From an uncultured delta proteobacterium (lineage in GTDB: Bacteria; Desulfobacterota; Desulfobacteria; Desulfobacterales; Desulfosalsimonadaceae), in NCBI GenBank assembly GCA_963826785.1, contig CAWGYD010000009.1:1-64000 (forward strand): a stretch of 64,000 bases of DNA. Reading direction: 5' to 3'. The notes beneath the pieces are model-generated. The model was not told where the DNA came from. It did no database searches and saw only the letters and a program-made list of their open reading frames with translations. Position numbers and translations under genes: made by a program. This document shows, piece after piece, positions 10,875-20,459 of the stretch. The first letter of the stretch is position 1. Each line of letters opens with the position of its first letter.

Positions 10875-11934
10875 ATGCGGGGCTCTGGTTCGCCCGCTGC
10901 CTCAGCAGATGGTCAACCAGCACCAGAGATACCATGGCCTCGCACACCACATTGATGCGGGGGATGGCGGAGACGTCGTGGCGGCCTTTGATGGCGATTT
11001 TTTGAGGGTTGCCGTGCACGTCGATGCTGTTTTGCTCCAGGGCAATGGAGGGGATGGGCTTGACCGCAACCCGGATGCGGATTTCGTCCCCGTTGGAGAT
11101 CCCGGCCAGGATGCCGCCGGCATGATTGCTCAAAAACCCTTCCGGCGTGATGGGATCGTTGTTCTCCGACCCGGTCATGCCGGCGGATTCAAATCCGGCG
11201 CCGATCTCGATGCCTTTTACCGCCCCGATGCTCATCAGCCCTTTGGCCAGATCCGCGTCCAGTTTATCAAATACCGGCTCCCCCAGCCCGGCAGGAACAC
11301 CCGTGACCCGGATTTCAACGATCCCTCCGATGGAATCGCCCCGCTTTTTCACCTCGGCCACCCGGATGGCCATATCCTGAGCGGCGTCTGGATCCGGAGA
11401 ACAGAACATGTTTTCGCTGATGAGCGTTCGATCAAATGTTTTGGCAACGATTCCACCGAGAACGGCCGTATAGGCATACACGTCGATACCGGATCTTTTC
11501 AGCACTTCGCGTGCAACGGCTCCGCCAGCCACCCGTCCCACGGTTTCCCGGGCAGATGATCGGCCGCCGCCCCGCCAGTCCCGGATTCCATATTTCGCCT
11601 GATAAGTGAAATCACCGTGGCCGGGCCGGTAGATCTCCGCATAAGGCTGATACGAAGCGGAATGGGCGTCTTTGTTTTCGACCATGATCATGATGGGGGT
11701 GCCGGTGGTCTGGTTTTCAAAAACGCCGGAATAGATTCTGGCGACATCGCCTTCCCTGCGGGCGGTGCTGGCCAAAGACCCTCCGGGTTTGCGGCGGTCG
11801 AGCATGGCCTGGATGATGGTTTCATCCAGGGGGACCCGCGGCGGGCACCCGTCGATGACCACGCCTACACCCGGACCGTGGGATTCGCCCCAGGTGGTGA
11901 TCGAAAACAGTTTACCGAATGTGTTTCCGGGCAT
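10873..11934 (-). CDS. aroC: Chorismate synthase
   Basis: [26 protein letters not shown] motifs. Confidence 0.97.
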   Translation of the reverse strand: MPGNTFGKLFSITTWGESHGPGVGVVIDGCPPRVPLDETIIQAMLDRRKPGGSLASTARREGDVARIYSGVFENQTTGTPIMIMVENKDAHSASYQPYAEIYRPGHGDFTYQAKYGIRDWRGGGRSSARETVGRVAGGAVAREVLKRSGIDVYAYTAVLGGIVAKTFDRTLISENMFCSPDPDAAQDMAIRVAEVKKRGDSIGGIVEIRVTGVPAGLGEPVFDKLDADLAKGLMSIGAVKGIEIGAGFESAGMTGSENNDPITPEGFLSNHAGGILAGISNGDEIRIRVAVKPIPSIALEQNSIDVHGNPQKIAIKGRHDVSAIPRINVVCEAMVSLVLVDHLLRQRANQSPA

Positions 11935-12131
11935 ATTTTTTTTTTCCTTTTTAAGCGTCCGAATTACGGTCCTTGTGCTGGTTGGGATTTGGCATACACA
12001 GGCCCTGCATCACAGGCAAATAATATTGCCGTCAGCAAGTTTTTTTATCGTCTCTTTTGCTAAAGAGGCGATATGCGCTTTAAAATCCCCACCCTCGCCC
12101 ACTTTTGCGGTTGCCTGCCCATTTCGTCTTT

Positions 12132-12537
12132 CTGGATTCCGGCTTAAAGCTTGCCGGAATGACCAATAATGACGATTGTGGTGATCGAAAATAATGAGAT
12201 TTCGGTGCGACGGAAATCCCCCCTGCCCCCCTTTGCGAAAGGGGGAAAAAAATAACGCAAAAAACCACTACTGGAGGTTATGTGGATAAGCAAAAAATGT
12301 TTTCTGGTTATCCGGAATACTCCAGTTAGAATTCCGGATTCAAAGTCCCCCTTTGGAAAAGGGGGATTTAGGGGGATTTGGCGCCTCCCGGGAGAAATCC
12401 CCCCCGCCCCCCTTTTCAAAAGGGGGGAGAAAAACGATTACTGGATTTTTCGGGATAACCAGAAAATGTTTTTTCTCGCAAAGTCGATAAGCTCAAACCT
12501 TATTGGTCATTCCGGCAAGCTTTAAGCCGGAATCCAG
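12132..12537. repeat. Nested inverted-repeat cluster (REP/REPIN-like)
   Basis: Perfect 38-bp outer IR at 12132-12169 and 12500-12537; imperfect inner IR at about 12292-12326 and 12440-12474; three CCCCCTTT..AAAGGGGG hairpin units inside. Confidence 0.85.
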
Positions 12538-12579
12538 TGCGGTCTTTGCGATCCTGGCGAGTTATTCAGATTTTTTAAG

Positions 12580-13092
12580 CTATATCTTGTCCATAATTTC
12601 CTGAACCACGGCGTCAATCGATTTGTTTTCCGTGTCTATGGCAACATCCATGGCCTGTTCATATAATGGAGTGCGCTCTTTTAAAGTTTGTGCCACTTCG
12701 TCGGCAATCTTTTTATCTGTCAGCGGCGGGCGGGTTTCCGGCGTGCGGGTGTCCGCCGCCATTCGTGCCAGGATGGTGTCCGCAGACGCTGTGAGCCAGA
12801 CAATTCTGCCGCCATTTTTTTTCATGTGCCCGATATTTTCCGGACGCAGCACGACGCCGCCGCCGGTGGCGACCACGAGATCCGTCTTTTGGCTCAACTG
12901 CAAAATAACCCGGGCCTCCTTCTCCCGAAATACCGGCCATCCAAAGGTGGAGACCAGATCCGAAATGGCCATCTTCTCCTGATTGACCAGAAAATCGTCC
13001 GCATCGATAAACTGGAGCGCCATCTTTTCTGCAAGCGCTTTGCCTACCCGGGTCTTGCCCGTGCACCGGTATCCGATCAGGTAAATGTTCAT
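12580..13092 (-). CDS. aroK: Shikimate kinase
   Basis: GYRCTGKT P-loop, DAD, FREKE, ATGGG, RPPL. Confidence 0.95.
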   Translation of the reverse strand: MNIYLIGYRCTGKTRVGKALAEKMALQFIDADDFLVNQEKMAISDLVSTFGWPVFREKEARVILQLSQKTDLVVATGGGVVLRPENIGHMKKNGGRIVWLTASADTILARMAADTRTPETRPPLTDKKIADEVAQTLKERTPLYEQAMDVAIDTENKSIDAVVQEIMDKI

Positions 13093-14366
13093 GACGCATA
13101 CAGCCCGTCAAACACTTGCCAGAACCGGGGAAAGGATTTTTCCACGCATGCCGGATTGGATATGATCATGCCCGGAATGAGGAGTCCGGCAACGGCAAAG
13201 CTCATGGCGATCCGGTGGTCGTTATAGGTTTCGATCACCGCGCCCTTTGGCTCACCGCCAGAAACGACCAGGTCCTGATCGGTGGCGGCCGCCTCAATGC
13301 CCATTTTTGTCAATTCCGCGGCCACCGCCCCCAGCCGATCGCTTTCCTTCGCCCGCAGGTGGGCCACGTTCCGGATGATGGTTTTACCCCTTGCAAAGGC
13401 GGCGATAACGGAAAGCGTTGGAACCAGGTCCGGCATATCGGCCATATCCACATCGACGCCGCACAGATCTTTCCCTCTTACGCTGATGCCATCCGGTTCG
13501 TATGCCACCGAACATCCCATCCTGGAGAGGACCTTTACGAATTTCAGATCGCCCTGCCTGGATGTTGCACTAAGCCCTCTGACTTTCACCGCCGATCCGG
13601 TAACGGCGCCTGCGGCCCAGAAATAACTTGCCTGGGAGGCGTCCGGCTCCACCTCGTACTCGCCGGGCCGGTAAGTTTGCCGGCCGGGAACATTGAAGTA
13701 TCGATATTTCTCCCTGGACAGTTCGATGCCGAACTTTTCCATGATGTCGCAGGTCATATCGATATACGGCCTGGAAACGGGCCCGTCGGTGACATGAATG
13801 GAAAGGCCGTTTTCGGTCAGGGGGGCAATCAAAAGAAGAGCGGACAGAAACTGACTGCTGATGGCGCAGTTGATGAAGACTTCTCCGCCCTTGACCGTGC
13901 CGCCGTTTACGGTGATGGGGGGGCAGCCGCTGTTTTTCGATGATACGGCAGAGATGCCGGCCTGCTGCAGGGCATCGAGCAGATCCTGAATGGGACGCTG
14001 GTGCATGCGGTCTGTCCCGGACAGCACGTAAGTGCCCTGCCCCAGCCCCGCGACCGCCGCCATCAGCCGCATGGTGGTTCCTGAATTGCCGACAAATATC
14101 GGCTCCGGCACCGGATGAAACCGGCCTCCGGTTCCGGCAATTTCGATGAAATCCTTAGTCTCCGAACTTTTAGCGCCCAGTTGATTCAGCGCGGACAGAG
14201 TGTAGCGGGTGTCCTGGGCGTCGAGCCAGTTTCGGATGCGGCTGGTTCCTTCTGCCAGGGATGCTGCGATCAGCATGCGGTGGGTATAGCTTTTCGATCC
14301 CGGGACGGAAACGATGCTGTCTTTGATCTTTTGCGGCTTGATTTCACGCATTGGCTTCATTTTCAT
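13089..14366 (-). CDS. aroA: EPSP synthase (start may be at 14351)
   Basis: PGSKSYTHR, GNSGTTMR, SSQFLS, KESDR, DHRIAM. Confidence 0.97.
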   Translation of the reverse strand: MKMKPMREIKPQKIKDSIVSVPGSKSYTHRMLIAASLAEGTSRIRNWLDAQDTRYTLSALNQLGAKSSETKDFIEIAGTGGRFHPVPEPIFVGNSGTTMRLMAAVAGLGQGTYVLSGTDRMHQRPIQDLLDALQQAGISAVSSKNSGCPPITVNGGTVKGGEVFINCAISSQFLSALLLIAPLTENGLSIHVTDGPVSRPYIDMTCDIMEKFGIELSREKYRYFNVPGRQTYRPGEYEVEPDASQASYFWAAGAVTGSAVKVRGLSATSRQGDLKFVKVLSRMGCSVAYEPDGISVRGKDLCGVDVDMADMPDLVPTLSVIAAFARGKTIIRNVAHLRAKESDRLGAVAAELTKMGIEAAATDQDLVVSGGEPKGAVIETYNDHRIAMSFAVAGLLIPGMIISNPACVEKSFPRFWQVFDGLYAS

Positions 14367-15183
14367 TTCCTGATAGTGCCTGATACACGGTCTGCTTCAT
14401 GAGATCCACCGGTGCCTTGGCCCCCGTCCAGTATTCAAACTGGACCGCCCCCTGATAGACAAACATGGATACCCCGTCCACGGTTTTGCACCCTTTTTGT
14501 TCCGCCGTTTTTAACAGCTCGGTTTTTAAAGGATTGTAAATGATATCCATCACCAGCATCTCCGGTTTCAGATAATCGGAAAGAACCGGCATTTTAAACG
14601 TGTCCGGATACATCCCCACCGGCGTGGTATTGATCAGGATGTCGCATGGGATGTCTGCCATATTTTTGAGGGGATGAAAGTTAGCATCCAGCGCAGCGGC
14701 CAGCGCTTCGCCCTTTTGAGGGGTGCGGTTGACGATGGTGAGGTGGGCGCCTTCGGATTTGATGCCGTACCCGATGGCCCGGGCTGAGCCGCCCGCACCG
14801 ATGATCACCACCTGTTTGCCCCTGATATCGACGCGTTCCGACAACGCCTTCATGGCGCCTAAACAATCGGTGTTATATCCCTTGAGCCGCCCTTCCCTGT
14901 TGATCACCGTATTGACGGCGCCGATCTTCTCGGCTGTTTCGTCAAAAAAATCGAGATATTCCATGATCGATTGCTTGTGCGGAATGGTTACGCTGACCCC
15001 GGCGATATTGAGCCCCCGGATGCCGGCAACCGCAGCCCCGATGTCGGTGACACGAAAAGCGGCATAAACCCCTGGATAACCGATCTGTTCAAATGCGTGG
15101 TTATGCATCAGCGGCCCCAGGCTGTGTCCTACGGGATTGCCGATCAAACCGTACACGCGGGTTCTGGCATCAATGCGTCGCAT
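14344..15183 (-). CDS. aroE: Shikimate dehydrogenase
   Basis: HSLGPLMHN, SVTIPHK, GAVNT, NTD, GAGGSAR, NRT, INTTPVGM. Confidence 0.95.
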   Translation of the reverse strand: MRRIDARTRVYGLIGNPVGHSLGPLMHNHAFEQIGYPGVYAAFRVTDIGAAVAGIRGLNIAGVSVTIPHKQSIMEYLDFFDETAEKIGAVNTVINREGRLKGYNTDCLGAMKALSERVDIRGKQVVIIGAGGSARAIGYGIKSEGAHLTIVNRTPQKGEALAAALDANFHPLKNMADIPCDILINTTPVGMYPDTFKMPVLSDYLKPEMLVMDIIYNPLKTELLKTAEQKGCKTVDGVSMFVYQGAVQFEYWTGAKAPVDLMKQTVYQALSGNENEANA

Positions 15184-15193
15184 GCGCTTTGCT

Positions 15194-16186
15194 CTATTTT
15201 TCCGTTATGGTTTCATCGATTTTCATGCCGAAATGCCGGCCGCTATCCTCTAAGGCCACCAGCACCTTATCTTTGGGGCGCAGGCTGATGACGGACACCG
15301 GGTTGCCATCCGGGCGGGTCAGCCGGATGGTTTCCGCGTTTTGCACAATGGTGTTGATCTCACGGTCGCCCGATATTGCCCGGACCAGCATGAGAGGCCT
15401 TTTTTCGATCTTGATCCGGCCGACGATGCCGGTGCTGGTGCGGCCCTGAAAATCGGTGATCAGCACGGCGTCTCCCGCGCGCAGTTCAGAAAGGTACCGG
15501 GTCCTGCCGTCGGGCACCCGGGTGTACGCATGCACGGGACCGGCGTTGACCCGAAACGGCCGGGGGGACACATAGGGGTTTTCGACGCTTTCGGAATGTA
15601 CCAGAAAAAGCGCGCTGCTGCTGTTGCCCACCAGGAGGCCTTCCCCGGTTTTCATTTCCGTGCAGGTGTCCACACAGACCCGGTCGCCCATGCCCACGGC
15701 CCTGATTTCGAGGATTTCGGCCGATTCAAGTGCAATCCCTTCCGTCTGCGATGCGGCAAGGGCGAGCACTTTTTTCAATTCCGGCACATTATCGGTGTGA
15801 ATCAAAATCCGGCCGACCCCCTTTTCCAGAATGCCAAACGCGGTTTGGGCCTCATCCAGGCCGCGCACCATGGCAATGACGTCCGCATTCTTGGCGATCA
15901 GGTTTTCAAGCGGAATGATCGACCAGTCGCTGCATTGGAGCACCACCTGACGGTCCTGGCACAACTTGACGATTTCGTCTTCGTCCCGGCCGCTTTGAAT
16001 GGAAAAGACGACCACGTCTTTTCCCTCCACCAGATCACCGTCATCGGATATGGTCGTAATCTGTCCGAGTTCCTTCACCTTGGCGGAATATCCGGAGGGG
16101 ACCCATACCGCATCGGCCCCGCCTTCGATGGCGGTGGTGGCCAGATCCTTGTTCCACGGGTCGATCTTCACCCATACCTTGCGCAT
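15194..16186 (-). CDS. aroB': 3-dehydroquinate synthase II (archaeal type, AroB')
   Basis: [53 protein letters not shown]. Confidence 0.93.
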   Translation of the reverse strand: MRKVWVKIDPWNKDLATTAIEGGADAVWVPSGYSAKVKELGQITTISDDGDLVEGKDVVVFSIQSGRDEDEIVKLCQDRQVVLQCSDWSIIPLENLIAKNADVIAMVRGLDEAQTAFGILEKGVGRILIHTDNVPELKKVLALAASQTEGIALESAEILEIRAVGMGDRVCVDTCTEMKTGEGLLVGNSSSALFLVHSESVENPYVSPRPFRVNAGPVHAYTRVPDGRTRYLSELRAGDAVLITDFQGRTSTGIVGRIKIEKRPLMLVRAISGDREINTIVQNAETIRLTRPDGNPVSVISLRPKDKVLVALEDSGRHFGMKIDETITEK

Positions 16187-16196
16187 GGTCTTCTCC

Positions 16197-16997
16197 TTAT
16201 CCGTGAAGAATTTTCAATGCGTCTTCGACAGAGGCATCATGAAAGAGAATGGCGGCCATGGCCTTGACCATCCGGGTCGGGTCTTTATGCTGGAAGACGT
16301 TTCTGCCGATGGATACGCCGGCCCCGCCGGCCTCCACCGAGCCCTTGACCATTTCGAGAATGTCCCTGTCCGAATCCATCTTGGCGCCGCCGGCGATCAC
16401 CACGGGAACCGTGCATCCTTCAACCACCTGGCGAAACGATTCCGGAGACCCGGTATAAGACACCTTGACGATGTCCGCCCCCATTTCACATCCCACCCGG
16501 GCGGCATGCTTGACCACTTCCACGTCGTATTCATCCTTGATCTTCTCGCCCCTCGGATAGACCATGGCCAGCAGGGGCACTCCCCAGTTCCGGGATTCAA
16601 AGCTGACCCGGCCGAAATCATTGAGCATCTCCTTTTCCTGGTGATCGCCGATATTCACGTGGATGGAGACGGCATCCGCACCCAGCTTGAGGGCTTCCTC
16701 CACGGAACAGACCAGGGTCTTGGAGTGCGGATACGGAGAAAGTGCAGTGGATGCGCTGAGATGGATGATCAGCCCGATATCGCCCCCCCGGCGGCGGTGG
16801 CCGGCGCCCACCAGCCCCTTGTGCTCCACAATGGCCTTGGCGCCCCCTTCGGCGACCCTGGCCACGGTTTCCTTGATATCCCGTATACCCTCGATCGGCC
16901 CGACGGATACGCCGTGATCAAGCGGCACAATAATGGTCCTGCCCGAATTGCGGTCCATGATCCGCTCCATCCGGATCTGTTTTCCCAAGATCGTCAT
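16197..16997 (-). CDS. aroA': 2-amino-3,7-dideoxy-D-threo-hept-6-ulosonate synthase (archaeal type, DhnA aldolase fold)
   Basis: [55 protein letters not shown]; adjacent to aroB'; GGAGGG RBS. Confidence 0.9.
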   Translation of the reverse strand: MTILGKQIRMERIMDRNSGRTIIVPLDHGVSVGPIEGIRDIKETVARVAEGGAKAIVEHKGLVGAGHRRRGGDIGLIIHLSASTALSPYPHSKTLVCSVEEALKLGADAVSIHVNIGDHQEKEMLNDFGRVSFESRNWGVPLLAMVYPRGEKIKDEYDVEVVKHAARVGCEMGADIVKVSYTGSPESFRQVVEGCTVPVVIAGGAKMDSDRDILEMVKGSVEAGGAGVSIGRNVFQHKDPTRMVKAMAAILFHDASVEDALKILHG

Positions 16998-17072
16998 GAC
17001 GCCCTCCTGCATCTGTCCTGTTTAGTATGGATTAAAAATACGCCGATGAATTTTTTCCCCGGCGCCAGAAAC

Positions 17073-17109
17073 AAAAAAAGCCGCGGGCATCTGGTCTGCC
17101 CGCGGCTTT
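17073..17109 (-). terminator. Attenuator terminator in the aro operon leader
   Basis: Minus strand AAAGCCGCGGGCA-gaccaga-TGCCCGCGGCTTTTTTT, between the leader peptide and aroA'. Confidence 0.9.
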
Positions 17110-17133
17110 GAATCGATTTATCGAATTTTCAGG

Positions 17134-17220
17134 TTAACATCGCCCAGGCAGACCACTGCGATTATAGCAATAGCTAAAATACCAGTAATAATAAAAAAGT
17201 CTGCCGGAAAAAGAGTTCAT
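17134..17220 (-). CDS. Aromatic-rich attenuation leader peptide MNSFSGRLFYYYWYFSYCYNRSGLPGRC (28 aa)
   Basis: Translated by hand: ATG at 17220, TAA at 17136-17134; run FYYYWYF; contains an antiterminator arm complementary to the terminator 5' arm. Confidence 0.9.
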   Translation of the reverse strand: MNSFSGRLFYYYWYFSYCYNRSGLPGRC

Positions 17221-17262
17221 TTACTGCTTCTTTTTAGGATGATTTAAACAAGACTTAAACTT

Positions 17263-17394
17263 GATGAAGCCGTAAAAAGTCGGATTTTACACTTTCGTCA
17301 TTCCGGCGGAGGCCGGAATCTACTACAAACTAAGTTGGTTATAGACTCCGGTTTTCACCGGAGTGACGAACTTCGGACTTTTTACGGGTTCATC
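17263..17394 (-). mobile_element. 132-bp MITE-like element, copy 2 (inverted)
   Basis: Same TIRs; 6-bp direct repeat AAACTT at 17257-17262 and 17395-17400; two substitutions relative to copy 1. Confidence 0.88.
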
Positions 17395-17430
17395 AAACTT
17401 GATCGAATTTCACTTAAAATTTTCTGCTTG

Positions 17431-18096
17431 TCAAGTGATTATTTTTTCATGGACATTTTTCTCCACGAGATTTGCCGCATTTTTCTGCATGAGCAAAAAG
17501 TCATCTTCATCCAGGCCGGCGCCCATGGCAATGATCCGGGCGGTGTCGATATCGATGAGATCGCCGGGGGAATGGGAGTCGGTGTCGAGCACCAGACGGG
17601 CGCCAGTCTGCCGGGCCAGTCTGGCCACATGCCCGTTGGTCAGGCTGTGCCCTTTGCGCGCCGTGATTTCAAGCAGGACGCCCCGATCCCGGGCCGCGAT
17701 GGCATCGCTTTCCGAAATGAGTCCGGGATGCGCCAGGATGTCGACGCCGGCCTCGATCGCCGCGCGGTTGGTGCCCTTGGCCACGGGTTCCGCCACGGTT
17801 TCACCATGCCCGATCACCAGGCGGGCGCCAAGCTTCCGGGCTTTTTCCACCACACTGCCGAAAAGGACCGGCGGTACATGGGTGATTTCGATTCCGGCAA
17901 TGATCCGGATGGCCATCACGGCATTCAACATACGGGCGGCTTCGACGATCCGGGGAATCACCAGGTCGATGTTGGACATATCGCCGTGATCGGTCATTCC
18001 GATGATGGCAATCCCCCGGTGTTCGGCCCGCCGGGCGAGTTCCGAGGGGATGAGTTCTCCGTCGCTGAACAGGGTATGGGTGTGAAGATCGATCAT
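17431..18096 (-). CDS. PHP-domain phosphoesterase (histidinol-phosphatase-like)
   Basis: DLHTHTLFSDG, TDH, AHPG, DTDSH metal-binding motifs. Confidence 0.85.
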   Translation of the reverse strand: MIDLHTHTLFSDGELIPSELARRAEHRGIAIIGMTDHGDMSNIDLVIPRIVEAARMLNAVMAIRIIAGIEITHVPPVLFGSVVEKARKLGARLVIGHGETVAEPVAKGTNRAAIEAGVDILAHPGLISESDAIAARDRGVLLEITARKGHSLTNGHVARLARQTGARLVLDTDSHSPGDLIDIDTARIIAMGAGLDEDDFLLMQKNAANLVEKNVHEKIIT

Positions 18097-18117
18097 CGTG
18101 TGTGTCCCTATGGAAAA

Positions 18118-18615
18118 TTACACCTTGTATTTGCCGAAATCCTCGGGGGAGAGCTTCTTCAGGTACTCCTCCCATTTCTTGCCCTGATCGCTTTCGTCTG
18201 CGCTTTCATATTCGCCGTCTTTGACCTTCAGGTTTTCCACCACCACATCATCCACGAAAATAGATGCGTTGAGGCGAAGGGCCAGGGCGATGGCATCACT
18301 GGGCCGGGAATCGAGTATGAATTCCTCCTCATCCGAAGAGCAGTAGATCTTGGCGAAAAAGGTGTTTTCCTTCAGATCGCAGACCTCGATCCGGCTGACC
18401 GTGATGTTGACCCGATCGATGAAATTTTTGAACAGATCATGGGTCATGGGCCGTTCGAAATCGATATTCTGGAGTACAGAGGCGATTGAAGCCGCTTCCA
18501 GAAGTCCGATCCAGATGGGAACGGAAAATTCCTCATCCTCGGAATTGAGAATCAGAATCGGGGCGTTTGACGACGGATCCATGGCCAGTCCGCCGATTTT
18601 CATTTTATGCAACAT
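18118..18615 (-). CDS. Bifunctional nuclease family (DUF151) protein
   Basis: VPIWIGLLEA, RPMTHDL, DSRPSDAIALA; start re-set to MLHKM. Confidence 0.88.
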   Translation of the reverse strand: MLHKMKIGGLAMDPSSNAPILILNSEDEEFSVPIWIGLLEAASIASVLQNIDFERPMTHDLFKNFIDRVNITVSRIEVCDLKENTFFAKIYCSSDEEEFILDSRPSDAIALALRLNASIFVDDVVVENLKVKDGEYESADESDQGKKWEEYLKKLSPEDFGKYKV

Positions 18616-20017
18616 GATATTTTCCCCCTGTTGTTTCGCAAGTTTCCCCTTCGGGATGCGTCGGTGTTCCCCACAGGGAATTTCGATAGACTTTTTCGAT
18701 TTTGACCGCAACTGTTTTGCCGATCAGATCGGACAGGCCCGCTTCGTTGATATCGAACTCAAAATTGACAATCCGGTTTTCGGGTGTACGGCCGGTGAGT
18801 TCCTTGCAGGTCAAAGACGGCCGGATACCATTTTTCAGCTGCTTTTTGCTTTCGCCTTCGATCAGCACCGGGCAGATGCGGCCGATAAGCGCCGCATGTT
18901 TTTGGCGGCCGATCCGCTCCTGCAGATCGAGTATAGCCTGCAGCCGCTCCTGCTTGATCCGATCTTCGATCTTGTTGTTAAAATGCGCGGCGGGCGCATT
19001 GGGACGATCCGAATAGGCAAACGCATAAATGCTGTCGAAGCCGACCGCTTCCATCAACGCAAGGGTTTGCTCGAAATCGGCATCCGTTTCACCGGGGAAA
19101 CCCACGATCAGGTCGGTGGTGATGGCAATCTCCGGAGAGACCCGCCGCAGCCGGGCCACTTTTTCAAGATAGGCCTCCCGGGTGTATCGGCGGTTCATCG
19201 CTTCTAAAATACGGTTGGCGCCGGACTGCACCGGGAGATGAATGTGGTTGCACAGCTTTTCCAGCCGGCAAAAAGAAGCGATCAGTTCATCGGATAAATC
19301 CTTGGGGTGAGAGGTCACAAACCGGATCCGCTCCAGACCCGGCACGCCATCGACCATTTCCAGAAGCTGAGCAAAAGAGACCAGCCCTTCTTTGGTGCCA
19401 TAGCTGTTCACATTCTGGCCCAGCAGGGTGATCTCCTTGACGCCCCGGCGGCAAAGCCGGGTGATCTCGTTTAAAATGGATTCGGGTTCGCGGCTGGCTT
19501 CCCGTCCCCGCACATAGGGGACAATGCAGTATGCGCAGAAATTGTCGCATCCCCGCATGATGGTGACAAATGCGGACAGTCCGGCAGGGGCGCAGCTGTC
19601 GGGATGAGCATCTTCCATGCACGCGGTCATATCCGTCTGCACGATGGGTCCATGTTCGGTTTCCAGCAGATCGAGCATCTCCGGCAGTCGATTGACGGCA
19701 TGCGTCCCCAAAACAATATCCACATGGGGAAACCGTTCAATCAGGCCTTGTTTTTCCTGCTGGGCCACGCACCCTGCCACCACCACCCGCAGGCTCGGAT
19801 TGCGCTGTTTAAGTTTATGCAGACGTCCGATGAAGCTGTGGACCTTCTGGACGGCCTTTTCACGGATGGCACAGGTGTTGACGATCACCAGGTCCGCCCT
19901 GGAAAGCACGGTGGTGTTCTGATACTGCCGGTCTGCCAGCAGGTCCAGCATGCGGCCGGAATCATAGACATTCATCTGGCAGCCGATGGTCTGGATATAA
20001 ACGTTTTTCGAATTCAT
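18605..20017 (-). CDS. miaB: tRNA ms2i6A37 methylthiotransferase
   Basis: TIGCQMNVYDS, NTCAIREKA, GCDNFCAYCIVPYVRGRE, IVGFPGET, C-terminal TRAM domain. Confidence 0.95.
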   Translation of the reverse strand: MNSKNVYIQTIGCQMNVYDSGRMLDLLADRQYQNTTVLSRADLVIVNTCAIREKAVQKVHSFIGRLHKLKQRNPSLRVVVAGCVAQQEKQGLIERFPHVDIVLGTHAVNRLPEMLDLLETEHGPIVQTDMTACMEDAHPDSCAPAGLSAFVTIMRGCDNFCAYCIVPYVRGREASREPESILNEITRLCRRGVKEITLLGQNVNSYGTKEGLVSFAQLLEMVDGVPGLERIRFVTSHPKDLSDELIASFCRLEKLCNHIHLPVQSGANRILEAMNRRYTREAYLEKVARLRRVSPEIAITTDLIVGFPGETDADFEQTLALMEAVGFDSIYAFAYSDRPNAPAAHFNNKIEDRIKQERLQAILDLQERIGRQKHAALIGRICPVLIEGESKKQLKNGIRPSLTCKELTGRTPENRIVNFEFDINEAGLSDLIGKTVAVKIEKVYRNSLWGTPTHPEGETCETTGGKYHVA

Positions 20018-20250
20018 ACGCTCAATAATTGACGGTCCGAAGACATGGGTTGGATGGGAAAACTTTTGCGCAGGTCCGACAATACAAACTCCACATCGGC
20101 CTCGCATCCCGGCGCGATATGCAGCGCAATGACGGTTTCATGGGGGTCGATGGTTTCCAGCACCGCGATGCCGTCGTATGCCTCGAAAATAAACTTGATG
20201 AAATAAACGGCGCTTCGATCCACATGAAACAGCCTCCGGGAGGTTTTCAA
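20014..20250 (-). CDS. Small conserved protein (DUF4911-like)
   Basis: FIKFIFEAYDGIAVLETID motif; overlaps the miaB start. Confidence 0.7.
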   Translation of the reverse strand: MKTSRRLFHVDRSAVYFIKFIFEAYDGIAVLETIDPHETVIALHIAPGCEADVEFVLSDLRKSFPIQPMSSDRQLLSV

Positions 20251-20459
20251 TCCATTGCCCCTTGTACCCGTATATTGGTGATTCTGGCCTGTCGTTTAGA
20301 AAAGGATACCATCAAATGCGCCTTTTTCAATAAAAATAAGGTCGCCGTAAATGATACGGCACTGTTAATATAAGCATCGGCCTTCATGCGTCAAACCCGG
20401 ACTGAAAAGCCGCAAGATTATCATTGTCCGAGAAGTCATCATGCGGTATAGGCCAGTTT

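Noticed and set aside
12080..12525. Small ORFs within the aroK-aroC gap
   Set aside because: They are translations of the palindromic repeats, with no RBS or coding signature.
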